A stretch of DNA of 64,000 nucleotides from an uncultured Verrucomicrobiae bacterium (GCA_963837955.1 CAWIPH010000002.1:2528001-2592000), one strand, 5' to 3'. Counted from the first letter of the stretch, positions 1 through 9,267 are shown. Numbers and translations: made by a program. Notes: generated by a model from the letters alone, not told the origin.

Positions 1-116
1 GCTTCTCCCTGGCCGTTTGGCTCATCGACTCGTTCGTCCGGAATCTTTCTCCGGAAGTTTAGGAGGCTGCGCTCATCGACGAAGCGAGTGGGCGATGCAA
101 TTCACGCGAGTTGAAA

Positions 117-386
117 TCATCTGTCGGATGAGGCAACGCCGGTATCGATGCTAGTGATCGAATCGAAGAAAAGAATTCGGTAACGCGAGCCACTGCCGGA
201 GACGATAAAATCCTGCGCTCTATCCTCATCGGGAAGCGGGTCACCACGCTCGTTGGTGTTTGGCGAGAAGAAGATGTGATCGCGAGTGAAGACTCTGTAT
301 CTCTCGCCGTTCGAGGTGATCAATGTGAAGGGTGCGAACGGGCTGGCTGAGGCAAGCCCCCGGATCTCTTGTTCTTTGGGGTGCAT
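117..386 (-). CDS. Small conserved hypothetical protein (PVC-type 'PFxPFxIxxxxG' family)
   Basis: ATG at 386; MHPKEQEIRGLASASPFAPFTLITSNGERYRV resembles small uncharacterised Planctomycetes/Verrucomicrobia proteins. Confidence 0.6.
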   Translation of the reverse strand: MHPKEQEIRGLASASPFAPFTLITSNGERYRVFTRDHIFFSPNTNERGDPLPDEDRAQDFIVSGSGSRYRILFFDSITSIDTGVASSDR

Positions 387-644
387 TTGACAATTGAAGT
401 ATAAAGCACAAAGCAACGAGGATGCATCTCGGTATCGTGGCACAGAAGCCGTAGTTTTCCTGTCAGGCCCCTTAGCAGCTTACAGTCACGGAGCTAATCC
501 GCGCCCCTGGCCGGGAGGGATCGCGTCCCCGCGATCCGTTCTTTCGGGTGGACGGCGGTTAAGGAGTGGCGGTTAACTAAGAGCCGTGGATAAATCCTGA
601 TTATCTCTAGAGGCGTCCTGCTATCGAGCGGTTGAATCGCTGCA

Positions 645-1553
645 TCACCGCCGAAGCAGCGCTTTAGGTACCTTGCACACCATCGTGTAAGCCGGGTCGA
701 AAACGTTACCCAGGTCGTACTCGACGCATTGCCCCAGCAAAAGGCTCGCACTGATTACATCCAGCTCGTAATCCGCCTGGAGCCAGCGCAGCATCTCGGT
801 CGTGGCGTGCTGCACCGCCTGGTCGAGCGGGCGGGCGTTGCCGACGGCAAAGATATATTCGGCGTTCTCTCCGCGCGGCCAGTGGATTCGCTTCCCTTTG
901 ATCACTCGAACAGTGAACTGAACCTCCATCGAGATCTCGATCCCGGTCCCGACGATTTCACCGTCACCCTGGGTTGCATGACCATCGCCGACGTGGAGGA
1001 GCGCGCCTGTTACAAACACCGGAAAGTAGGCGGTCACACCAGCCACGAACCCGCGATAATCCATATTGCCACCGTGTTCAGCCGACGTCGCGGTCGAAAT
1101 CGCCTGACCGCGCGACGGTGCCACGCCGAAGCATCCAAGCATTGGGGCGAGCGGAATCGATAGATTGCCAAGCTTCGTCTTTGGCTTGATTAACGTCGCT
1201 GTGCCGAGCTCATTGTCGATTCGCCACTCGGCCAGCTCGCGCTCGGGCAACTCGTGCACGTACCCCGGCTCGACCACGTTCGCTGCCACAACTGAGCCAG
1301 TATAACCGATCGTCCGGCTGGGCGAGATTCGGTCAAGCTGTACGGCCAACGTATCACCCGGCTCCGCGTCCACTACGTAAAACGGACCGGTCTGGGGGTT
1401 TCCACCCGGCGTCACGCGGCTGTCGCTGGCGTCCTTGCCCATCGCATCGACAGTGGTGGTGATCACCGTGTCGCCGTGGCCGATTTGCAGGACTGGCTCA
1501 TGGGACCCAATCGCGATGTGGTAGTGGGTCGGCTGGAAATGGTGTGTTGCCAT
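645..1553 (-). CDS. Acetamidase/formamidase family protein
   Basis: Motifs NPQTGPFYVVDAEPGDTL, HGGNMD, GDGHATQGDGEIVGTGIE; likely start ATG 1553 (MATHHFQP). Confidence 0.9.
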   Translation of the reverse strand: MATHHFQPTHYHIAIGSHEPVLQIGHGDTVITTTVDAMGKDASDSRVTPGGNPQTGPFYVVDAEPGDTLAVQLDRISPSRTIGYTGSVVAANVVEPGYVHELPERELAEWRIDNELGTATLIKPKTKLGNLSIPLAPMLGCFGVAPSRGQAISTATSAEHGGNMDYRGFVAGVTAYFPVFVTGALLHVGDGHATQGDGEIVGTGIEISMEVQFTVRVIKGKRIHWPRGENAEYIFAVGNARPLDQAVQHATTEMLRWLQADYELDVISASLLLGQCVEYDLGNVFDPAYTMVCKVPKALLRR

Positions 1554-1825
1554 TGGCGCTTCTTTCGTGGGAAGACACGCCCATTGTAGCACTAACCAGA
1601 CCGGCGGCGAGCGGCCTGGAGGGTAACGAGCCGCGCGCAGTAAAAGAGGCCGAAAAACTGGCGAGCTTTCTTCCAACAAAGTCGCGATGTCTAAACGAAC
1701 CAAATGAGTTGCCTCCCGGAGAAAACTCTAGTAAACGCGCCACTTGGTGAACACCAATGCACTGAGGCCCACTTGTTCTTCGAGGAGCTGAGAGCTGCTG
1801 CGCTAATCTACGGTTTGGTCAGGCG

Positions 1826-3295
1826 CTAAGGAGATGACAAAAGCTGGACCTGGACCGGTTTCTCCGAGGCACCCCCATCGACCGGAACGATCGCAAGGTA
1901 TCTGCGATCATTCGGACCGGCTGACCCAGCCGAAAATTGCCGAAGTGGCCCCAGGGTGTTTACAATCGCGGCTCCGGCCGGATTAGTCTGAAACATGCTG
2001 AGAGGCTGAACTGGACCATATGGTTCTTCGTTCTTACTCAACAGAACCAGCCGATACTTGCTCTTTGGTTTCAAGCCCGTGACAGCGGCCTGCAGCAGAT
2101 CAATCAGGCCCTGGTTATTGAGCGTGACGGTCGTAGGCGCCTCTTTGGACGAAGCGCCTGGCGGTCCCAAAAGGAGATGCACAGCCAGACCAGAATCTGC
2201 CAGAGGTTGGAGATGGGCGAGCCCGTTTCCGCTTGGCACCGCATTTGGAACGTACACGAGTGCTTGAGACGACTGGCCCCCGGAAATCCTGGCAACGATT
2301 TTATTCGTCAGAGTGTCGATGACGTTCATCCCGGTTCCATTCTCCAAGGCAACGTAAATGTGAGTGCCATCACCTGAGGGCCAAATCCCGTGTGGTAGTT
2401 CGCCGGTGGCTATGCTCGTTACCAGTTTGGGATTGTCGCCGGTGGTGTAAACTTTCACGACATTCTCCCCTCCTACGGTGATATAAGCGAATTGGCCGTT
2501 CTTGTTGCGGACAATGTTCACGTGATTCGTGAGCGGACCGGTGTCGAGCGTCGCCACCACCTCAAAGGGCGGTTCAGCGCGAAAGACCTGAGTTTTGCCC
2601 ACGTCCTTTAGAGTAAACCAGACCTCCTTCCCGTCAGGAGTTGCGGCGATGTTCGGCGAAAAGGGTGATGCTTGAGGCACGGTCGCAACGATTTCGTGCG
2701 TCTTTACGTCAACGACCTTCGTCTCTGGAGTGAAGCTAGAGCAGACAAACCCATATTTGCCGTCGGGCCGGAAAATCGTCATTCCGGGCCCATTCCCGAC
2801 TTGGATACGCGCTTTTTCCTGATAGGTCGCACTGTCAATCACTGACACATAGTCTTCACCCCGAACCGTCACCCAGAGCTCGCTGCCGTCGGGAGTAAAA
2901 AAGGCCTCGTGAGGCGACCTACCCACATAAGTGACGTGCTTGATATCGTTAGTTGCCGTGTCGATGAAGGTCACCGAATTCGAACCTATCGATACGACCG
3001 CTAAGGTTTTGTGATCGAAGGAAAAGCCGAGACCGTGGACAAGTAACTGACCAACGTACAACGGACTTAAGTTCTGGGGCATCACGTCACCCAGCCGGAG
3101 TACCCCTAACAGTTGATTGCTGGAGGGATCGTAGATCGAGACAGTGTTTGAAGCTTGGTCACCTGTATAAACCCGATCATGCGAACTGATGGGGAGATCG
3201 GAACTGTCGGCGAGGTGGGGAGCTTGGCCGGCGATGCAGTCCGCCAGACTACTAGAAAGGCAAAATACGAGAGCCAATCCGGATAACTCTTTCAT
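1826..3295 (-). CDS. Secreted YVTN/YncE-family beta-propeller protein
   Basis: Signal-peptide-like N-terminus; repeated VSVID...VGxxPHxxxxxPDG units; ATG 3295 overlaps the DUF305 stop (ATGA). Confidence 0.85.
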   Translation of the reverse strand: MKELSGLALVFCLSSSLADCIAGQAPHLADSSDLPISSHDRVYTGDQASNTVSIYDPSSNQLLGVLRLGDVMPQNLSPLYVGQLLVHGLGFSFDHKTLAVVSIGSNSVTFIDTATNDIKHVTYVGRSPHEAFFTPDGSELWVTVRGEDYVSVIDSATYQEKARIQVGNGPGMTIFRPDGKYGFVCSSFTPETKVVDVKTHEIVATVPQASPFSPNIAATPDGKEVWFTLKDVGKTQVFRAEPPFEVVATLDTGPLTNHVNIVRNKNGQFAYITVGGENVVKVYTTGDNPKLVTSIATGELPHGIWPSGDGTHIYVALENGTGMNVIDTLTNKIVARISGGQSSQALVYVPNAVPSGNGLAHLQPLADSGLAVHLLLGPPGASSKEAPTTVTLNNQGLIDLLQAAVTGLKPKSKYRLVLLSKNEEPYGPVQPLSMFQTNPAGAAIVNTLGPLRQFSAGSAGPNDRRYLAIVPVDGGASEKPVQVQLLSSP

Positions 3296-3660
3296 CGGGA
3301 ACACCAGTCCTTTCGTTTCTGATTAAGTAGAGAAGGGTTGTAATCCTTCAACGCCCCGTTCATTACATCGATCTCGGATTGCTGAGTCACCAGTATTTCC
3401 TGAGCCAACCGCCGGAGACGAGGATCAGTCCCAAATTGCAGTTCGACCTTTGCCATCTCGATCGCACCCTGATGATGGGGGATCATCATCCGCGCGAAAT
3501 CCGCGTCGGGTTTACCGATGAAAAACACGTCGTGCATAGCCGAATGCATCGTTGTCATGCTCTGGGCCAGGGCCACATCTACCGGCGAATCAGACTTCTC
3601 ACAGGAAGTCAACAGGATGCCTGCGAAGGAGAACGCGACGAAGTGTAGGCAGGAGCGCAT
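3292..3660 (-). CDS. DUF305 (CopM-like, Met/His-rich) lipoprotein
   Basis: DADFARMMIPHHQGAIEMAK...LAQEILVTQQSEI motif; lipobox-like LLTSC; start ATG 3660. Confidence 0.85.
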   Translation of the reverse strand: MRSCLHFVAFSFAGILLTSCEKSDSPVDVALAQSMTTMHSAMHDVFFIGKPDADFARMMIPHHQGAIEMAKVELQFGTDPRLRRLAQEILVTQQSEIDVMNGALKDYNPSLLNQKRKDWCSR

Positions 3661-3755
3661 ACTTCGGATTCTACCTTTTGGGATTGGATCCGCAATTGTT
3701 TCATGGACAGCGCGCCGGGCAGTTAACCCGGCGCGGGAGCCTACGCTCTTTTGAG

Positions 3756-3980
3756 TTACGAACCAAAATCTTGGTGGAACCCGGGGCTCCGCGGAGGCGT
3801 ATACCAACCGTTGCTCCAATCATCGTTCGGCTGAGCCTCACTCTGTTGAATCATATTCACATGCTGGCGCCCATTGGCCGAGTTCGCATGATGCGGCCAA
3901 AGAAAACCAAACAAACTGAACGCTAACAAAACGCTGGCAAACGACTGGTTCGGTTGCTTGATTAAGTTCGATAGTTTCAT
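3756..3980 (-). CDS. Small secreted hypothetical protein/peptide
   Basis: 74 aa; hydrophobic signal-like segment; C-terminal WYTPPRSPGFHQDFGS; AG-rich upstream sequence. Confidence 0.55.
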   Translation of the reverse strand: MKLSNLIKQPNQSFASVLLAFSLFGFLWPHHANSANGRQHVNMIQQSEAQPNDDWSNGWYTPPRSPGFHQDFGS

Positions 3981-4154
3981 TTCTATTCTACCCTCTTTCT
4001 GATCCGAGGGTAGGCCTCGCCAACTGCGCGGTACAATCGTTTGTGATGATCCTATATCACGTATCCTGATATCTCGATAGACACTATTTGGTTCACGGGT
4101 GAGGCGGCAGTTCTATTCGGAACCCCTGCCTAATCCATCAAAGTCTACTGCGGT

Positions 4155-4652
4155 TCACGCCTTAATCGGTATCCAAACCTCGATATCACCCGTTCCGGTC
4201 CGCGGGTTGAAATCCTCGCCGTAACGCTCCAGGAAGGCCGGCGCGTTAGCGACTTCATACCCCGACTCCGGGAGCCACTGTTGCCCTATGGTGTAAAACG
4301 TGTTCCAGAGCCGCGACACATGTTCACGGTGAGGAAAGACCACGTATTTGTGCCCCGGAATTCTCACCTGGCTCAATTCGGTGGGAAGACCGGAAAAATC
4401 GGATACTTCGACCCCTGCTAGATAAGATTCACAGTCGAGATTTCCCCCTCCTTTAAACAAGCACACGCCATACGCAACGCGGCCCAGCTGGCCGGGGAGG
4501 TTGCCGATGTAAGGTGCGAAGCGCTGCCATAGTCCAGGTATGGTTCCGGGGTCGCCGGTGAGGCGCTCGCGCAGTCCGGCGATAAGCTGCGGTTTGCCGT
4601 CTTCAAAGCGCGGCGCTTCCAGTGTAGTAACGAGATTCTGATCTATTTGCAT
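4155..4652 (-). CDS. GyrI-like small-molecule binding (AraC effector-binding) protein
   Basis: IPGLWQRF, YLAGVEV, WLPESGYE...FLERYGEDFNPRTGTGDIEVWIPI. Confidence 0.85.
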   Translation of the reverse strand: MQIDQNLVTTLEAPRFEDGKPQLIAGLRERLTGDPGTIPGLWQRFAPYIGNLPGQLGRVAYGVCLFKGGGNLDCESYLAGVEVSDFSGLPTELSQVRIPGHKYVVFPHREHVSRLWNTFYTIGQQWLPESGYEVANAPAFLERYGEDFNPRTGTGDIEVWIPIKA

Positions 4653-4710
4653 ACTGGTAGATTCCCTTTCGTTTTGAGGTTGATGATCCCTTCTTTTGAC
4701 TCAATCATGC

Positions 4711-4737
4711 GACGAACGAGATGCCATATTCAGGACA
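4711..4737 (-). promoter_or_regulatory. ECF42-like promoter motif (TGTC-N19-CGTC)
   Basis: Reverse strand reads TGTCCTGAATATGGCATCTCGTTCGTC, ~60 bp upstream of the GyrI-like gene. Confidence 0.7.
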
Positions 4738-4752
4738 CTCTTTTTGGGAATA

Positions 4753-5037
4753 AAGTCGGACCTGTCCGACGACGCGTCCGACGAAGCCTCCGCCGACGTT
4801 CGAACCATGACTAACGGTCGGCGAAGTCGGAAGCCCCTCTCAACCTTCAATAGCTATGACAGATGGTTGGCGAAGTCGGACCTGTCCGACGACGTGTCCG
4901 ACGAAGCCCTCCGCCGACGTTCGAACCATGACTAACGGTCGGCGAAGTCGGAAGCCCTCTCCACCTTCAATAACTATGACAGATGGTCTCGCGAAGTCGG
5001 AAGCTTGCGAAGTTTCGAACTACGGAGCGAAGGCGGA
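4753..5037. repeat. Tandem ~120-bp repeat (2 copies plus a partial) of REP-like hairpins
   Basis: Units start at 4753, 4873 and 4994; recurring GCGAAGTCGGA and TCCGACGAAGCC arms. Confidence 0.85.
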
Positions 5038-5123
5038 GAACACCGTCGTCGAGAATGCCGGTGACGAATGACTGACCCGGGTACTGACGAGTTTTGAGCG
5101 CGGGAAACGCCTCTACCCATTCC

Positions 5124-5357
5124 TCATTGCTCGAGCGCTGCCCTCCGTAATCCGCTGGTCTTTTTGTCCTCGATTGTTGCCACGACCTTTGCAGTGTTTC
5201 AATCTTTGCTGCTATCGCTGCCAATTTTTCATTTCTCTGCTTTCAGCTTTGCAATCTCTGCTCGCGCGCTAGCATCCTCAGCTGCAAGTTCCTTTTTCTC
5301 CTGTTTCACTGCGTCGAGCTGGTTGGCCAATTCCTGCGTGGCACTGACGTCCAGCAT
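5124..5357 (-). pseudogene. Remnant paralogous to the C-terminal coiled coil of the adjacent S74 protein
   Basis: MLDVSATQELANQL...EIAKLKAE[NEKLAAIAAKIETLQ]KVVATIEDKK...ALEQ aligns to MLNVSATQVLAKQV...EIAALKTANARLSAMTTEVEALQKAVTIIQEKE...ALGE; two frameshifts. Confidence 0.75.
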
Positions 5358-5360
5358 GCC

Positions 5361-6545
5361 TCATTCCCCAAGCGCCACCGTCTGCTCCTCCCGGCGGCTC
5401 TCCTTCTCCTGGATAATTGTCACCGCTTTTTGCAGAGCTTCCACCTCGGTGGTCATCGCGGACAATCTTGCATTCGCGGTTTTTAGAGCGGCGATTTCAG
5501 AGGCTTGGTCCGCTATTTCAGCGGCTTGCTGTGAGATCCGTTGTTCTTGCTTTTCTTCGGCAGCCGTTAACCGCTTAGCTTGGTCCTGGAGATCAGAATT
5601 TTCTTCCTTGAGGCTCTCGACTTGCTTTGCCAATACCTGAGTGGCGCTAACGTTCAGCATACTGATAGCTTCGTAATCAACCGCCTTCAGGTCCGTGCAC
5701 TCTTTACCATAAACGAAAATTTTGTCTCCCAGCGCTTCGTTCGTTTCGACGGTAAATGTTCTTTCATTTACGACATGGGCTACGGCATTCAGTTCTTGGT
5801 TCTTGGGCGTAATTAAACGAAGCGTATCGCCGTCCTTTAAGCCGTGTGCTTTGGCCAGGCTGATGGTATACACACCCGGTTTTTCGATGTTGACCGACTC
5901 CGAGACCGCGTAGATATCAGGCGTAAAAGTGAACCCTTTTATACCGGTTGAAGTGACCGCGATTGGGTAGACCTTTTCCACTTGTTGGGCGATGACCTTT
6001 TTGAACGGTCTATTTCCGAATTTCACCGTATCCTTCATGGTGTAATCCGTGACTTCAATCTTTCGGAGTGTCTCCAAGTCTTTCGCACTGTCGGACCGTC
6101 CGATGATGTTCTTCAGACGCGCATCGCTGGCCGTAAAGTTCCCGTTGGTAGAAACAAAGGAGCTACCCGAAAAGATATTAGAGGAAAAAATCGCAGATGC
6201 GGCTTGGGTTCCGGATAAGGTAGTAACCGTAAAACCAGTAGTATTATTATTATTGAAATTGAAATAGGTTACGCCAGAACTGTTTTGAAAATTGAAAGTG
6301 CTTGCTGTTCCGACATGCAGAGGCGCCAGAGGAGTTTTAGTGCCGATCCCTACATTGCCCTCGACGAGGGCACCATTGGCTGGCGCAGCGGTGTTGTAGT
6401 CGGCGCCCACAGCCAAGTTCCCATTAACGGTCAATTTCGACTGCGGGTTTGATGTGCCGATACCAACATTTTGGGCGAGCACATTCGCAGCCCCCAGGGT
6501 TAAGGTCAGGCAACAAGCTCCGACGACGGAATGAATGATTTTCAT
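5361..6545 (-). CDS. Secreted tail-fibre-like protein with peptidase S74 (intramolecular chaperone) domain and C-terminal coiled coil
   Basis: Signal peptide ending VLA-Q; two NVGIGT repeats; SDARLKNI cleavage motif; VIAQQVEKVYP; AVDYEAISMLNVSATQ. Confidence 0.85.
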   Translation of the reverse strand: MKIIHSVVGACCLTLTLGAANVLAQNVGIGTSNPQSKLTVNGNLAVGADYNTAAPANGALVEGNVGIGTKTPLAPLHVGTASTFNFQNSSGVTYFNFNNNNTTGFTVTTLSGTQAASAIFSSNIFSGSSFVSTNGNFTASDARLKNIIGRSDSAKDLETLRKIEVTDYTMKDTVKFGNRPFKKVIAQQVEKVYPIAVTSTGIKGFTFTPDIYAVSESVNIEKPGVYTISLAKAHGLKDGDTLRLITPKNQELNAVAHVVNERTFTVETNEALGDKIFVYGKECTDLKAVDYEAISMLNVSATQVLAKQVESLKEENSDLQDQAKRLTAAEEKQEQRISQQAAEIADQASEIAALKTANARLSAMTTEVEALQKAVTIIQEKESRREEQTVALGE

Positions 6546-6838
6546 AATAATAGAGGAGTTCAAGAGCTCAAGGAGCTGCTCAAGGCACCGACGCGGAAAA
6601 TAGAAACGCCAGCAACAAGTTTGACCTCATGCCATCGCCAATCCGGAAACCGTCCGTGTGCTATGCAACCCATCGGCCGTTTGAGCATTCCGGAGGCCGA
6701 GATTAGTAGATCGCGCTCGGTTTGGAAATAGTACTTTGGTGCTATGTTACCAATCACTCCCATTTTGCGGAAGAACGCGAACGATGCAACGAATTCGAAA
6801 GGCCAACGCGGCGTTACGAGTGCAGAGGGTGAATCGAT

Positions 6839-6919
6839 CGTCCCTATCGGGACGGAGGCGTCTTAATGCTATTCCCAGCACTTCGTGCTGGGCTACTTTC
6901 GCAGTGTGCCTCCGGGACG
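6839..6919. repeat. REP-like palindromic element
   Basis: Hairpins CGTCCCTATCGGGACG and CCCAGCACTTCGTGCTGGG followed by CTAC (reverse complement GTAG), then GTGCCTCCGGGAC. Confidence 0.6.
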
Positions 6920-7205
6920 ACTCCTCTCGGCGCATTGTCCTTCCTCTTGTGTCGGCGCCTGCGCCGCCGCGGACTGGGCTGCTATCGCGGTTCCCTGTCG
7001 GGGACGGGGACCATCGTCGCCATCACCGACCGCGCCTCACGCTGATGTGCGGTTCCTTTAGATAAATGGGCTCGCCTAGCGGGGAATAGCAACTTTCCCT
7101 ACCTAAAAGAAATCGGGTTGCTTTCGACTCATCAAGGCAGGAGCTGTGTCTCTTGCGGCCGAACGAGATTTCAACCGACGGAGGACTATCGGGTTCGGAC
7201 ATCAG

Positions 7206-8090
7206 TCACATTGGGGGCGCTGGCCGGGAAACAACCCCGTTCCGGTAGGTAACCTGATGGTAATTGCCGTCGTCGGTTCGGTAAGTGTAGAGCTCGTAAG
7301 GAACATAATATTCGACGAACTCCTGCGTATCGACCGGTTGACCCCAATAACTGTCAACCAGGTCCACGGGCATCCCGTCGTCAACTCGATCATCCAAGAG
7401 ATCATCGCACCAACTATCAACTGTGAGAGGCGCGTATCCGAGGCCGAGTAGGTTGAACAAGAAAGCTCGGGTCCGATCGAGCCTCTCTCTCCGGTGGTCG
7501 AACACCTGCGGGGAAGAGGCGAACTTATTCTCATACCGCTGGAATTTTTCGTTGATCCTGGCGTCGTCTCCAGATGCCGCGGAATTGGGAGAGAGATGTT
7601 GTACCCCAACTTCGCCACTGCGAGCATTGATTTCCGCCGAGTCGCGTTGCTGTCCTTGACCATGCACTCCGAAGGGTCGGGCCGACTCGGACCGGTTGAG
7701 ATCTCGCGTCGGCGGTACCGCTTCTTGTCGTTTGATCGTGCTGACCTGGTTCGACGGATCCGCACCATTCCGGCTTCTTACCGTCTCAAGATTCGGGACG
7801 ACCATTGGACCGCGGTGCTCAGGTTGTACCATCGTTTGACCGCGATCGCCGTTGAGGCGCGGGTTGTGAGCAGCGACGCTCCCGTGAGGCTCATTAAGTC
7901 CAACGCGCGGAACTGATCCTCTGAAGCTACCTCGAGATGCGTGTACATCGCCGTTCTGGAACCCTGCAAGAGAAAGGGAAGCGGTAGAGCTAAAGGCAAC
8001 CGCAATGCAGACAAACCTACCCAAAAAGTTCCACCGTAGAGCTGGGAAACCCGTCACGGTAGAGAAGCAAATTTTCATGAAATTGAGCAA
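7206..8090 (-). CDS. Secreted hypothetical protein with low-complexity N-half and a C-terminal SmpA/OmlA(BLIP)-like motif
   Basis: Signal-like CIAVAFSSTASLSLA; C-terminal GMPVDLVDSYWGQP...ELYTY...VTYRNGVV. Confidence 0.6.
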   Translation of the reverse strand: MLNFMKICFSTVTGFPALRWNFLGRFVCIAVAFSSTASLSLAGFQNGDVHASRGSFRGSVPRVGLNEPHGSVAAHNPRLNGDRGQTMVQPEHRGPMVVPNLETVRSRNGADPSNQVSTIKRQEAVPPTRDLNRSESARPFGVHGQGQQRDSAEINARSGEVGVQHLSPNSAASGDDARINEKFQRYENKFASSPQVFDHRRERLDRTRAFLFNLLGLGYAPLTVDSWCDDLLDDRVDDGMPVDLVDSYWGQPVDTQEFVEYYVPYELYTYRTDDGNYHQVTYRNGVVSRPAPPM

Positions 8091-8313
8091 TTCCTTTGCT
8101 GAATTGGACCACTGTACTGACCGATCGGTTCAATTCTTCCGCTTTGCGATCTCACTTTGCCCGCTTGTTTAGCTTCGGAGTTGGGGTTGCACTCCGGAAA
8201 ATGTTTTATCCACTGCATACGTGAAAAGTCGCATAACAGCCTTTAACAGAACAGAGTACGTACGCACTTATCGGAAGACTGAACTGGTCCTGAGCCGCGC
8301 CTATTCCGTAGCG

Positions 8314-8889
8314 CTATTTTACCTGATCGACGATTCCGTACTCCCTGGCTTCATCAGCCGACATCCAATATTCGCGATCGAAGGCGATCAATATTTCCGT
8401 TTTCGGCCGGGAAGTGATTCCTGCGAGGATCTCAGCTGTGCGATCACGAGCAAGCTCGAGACGCCGTTTCATTCGGTCCACATTGTCGGCGGAGCCGTTT
8501 ACCTTAATCGATGGTTGGCAAAGACAAACACTGGAGCTTCTGTTCGCGGTCCGCTTTCCCTTTGTACCGGAAGCCAGGAGGACGGCACTGACCCCGATCG
8601 CCTTCCCAACACAATAGGTCCGAACATCGCAAGGTAAGGATCCGATCACATCGCAAATCGCTAACGCGCTGATTTCCGAAGGATGATCGGAATTTATCCA
8701 GAGCGAGATCTCCTGACTTGGATCTTGCTGTTGAAGAAAAATTAACTGTGCGATGACCAGATTGTAGTTCTTCTCATCCAGGGTTGGACCAACGATCAGG
8801 GTCCGCGACTGCAGCAATCCCGAATTTAAATCTGCTCGGAACCGATCAAACGTGTCCGAATTCTCTGCGCTCAGAGTGTCCTTAGTCAT
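8314..8889 (-). CDS. ClpP-family protein, predicted non-catalytic (ClpR-like)
   Basis: Collinear with ClpP (LVIAQLIFL, WINS, DVRTYCVG, ASGTKGKR, MSADEAREYGIVD) but catalytic Ser/His/Asp positions read Gly/Cys/Glu. Confidence 0.85.
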   Translation of the reverse strand: MTKDTLSAENSDTFDRFRADLNSGLLQSRTLIVGPTLDEKNYNLVIAQLIFLQQQDPSQEISLWINSDHPSEISALAICDVIGSLPCDVRTYCVGKAIGVSAVLLASGTKGKRTANRSSSVCLCQPSIKVNGSADNVDRMKRRLELARDRTAEILAGITSRPKTEILIAFDREYWMSADEAREYGIVDQVK

Positions 8890-9021
8890 AAAGAATGAGT
8901 TCCGAGAGAAATTAATATCTCCTTCAGGCGCCGTCTAATTCGAAACTGGGTGGGTACACTTGGACTTTACCACCACCCCGAAACTGTTGATTCACCTAGT
9001 CAAGGCGCCAACTGATCCGGC

Positions 9022-9165
9022 ATGCGCGCCGTGCTGTCGCCTCTGACGGCGACCGGCCTCTTTGAAGTCGAAGGCTTTGAGGACCTGCGCGTACGGCTGA
9101 CGGGCAAGAGCTTAGAACTCCTCTGGGCGGACGACTCCACCCCGCGGGTCTTTAGGCGTGAATGA
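9022..9165 (+). pseudogene. Short orphan gene fragment (resembles the C-terminal tail of S41-type peptidases)
   Basis: MRAVLSPLTATGLFEVEGFEDLRVRLTGKSLELLWADDSTPRVFRRE*; protein-like composition; family assignment from recall only. Confidence 0.35.
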
Positions 9166-9240
9166 CCCCTAGCTCTGACCTCTCACGGACATTGCGGCGC
9201 TGACCGCGTTTTACGACACGGACATGGGCGTGCATGAAAG

Positions 9241-9267
9241 TGTCGTTTCTGCGCCGGCTCGTTCGTC
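9241..9267 (+). promoter_or_regulatory. ECF42-like promoter motif
   Basis: TGTCGTTTCTGCGCCGGCTCGTTCGTC followed by AAAGGAG and ATG 9288. Confidence 0.75.

Noticed and set aside
12..38. CTCGTTCGTC near the window start as another ECF site
   Set aside because: No TGTC at the 19-nt spacing and no co-oriented gene directly downstream
4753..5037. Possible CRISPR mini-array
   Set aside because: The apparent spacers repeat and resemble each other, the constant part is only ~11-12 bp, and there are no cas genes in the window
5361..6545. Prophage suggested by the tail-fibre-like gene
   Set aside because: No capsid, terminase, portal or lysis genes, and the protein has a signal peptide
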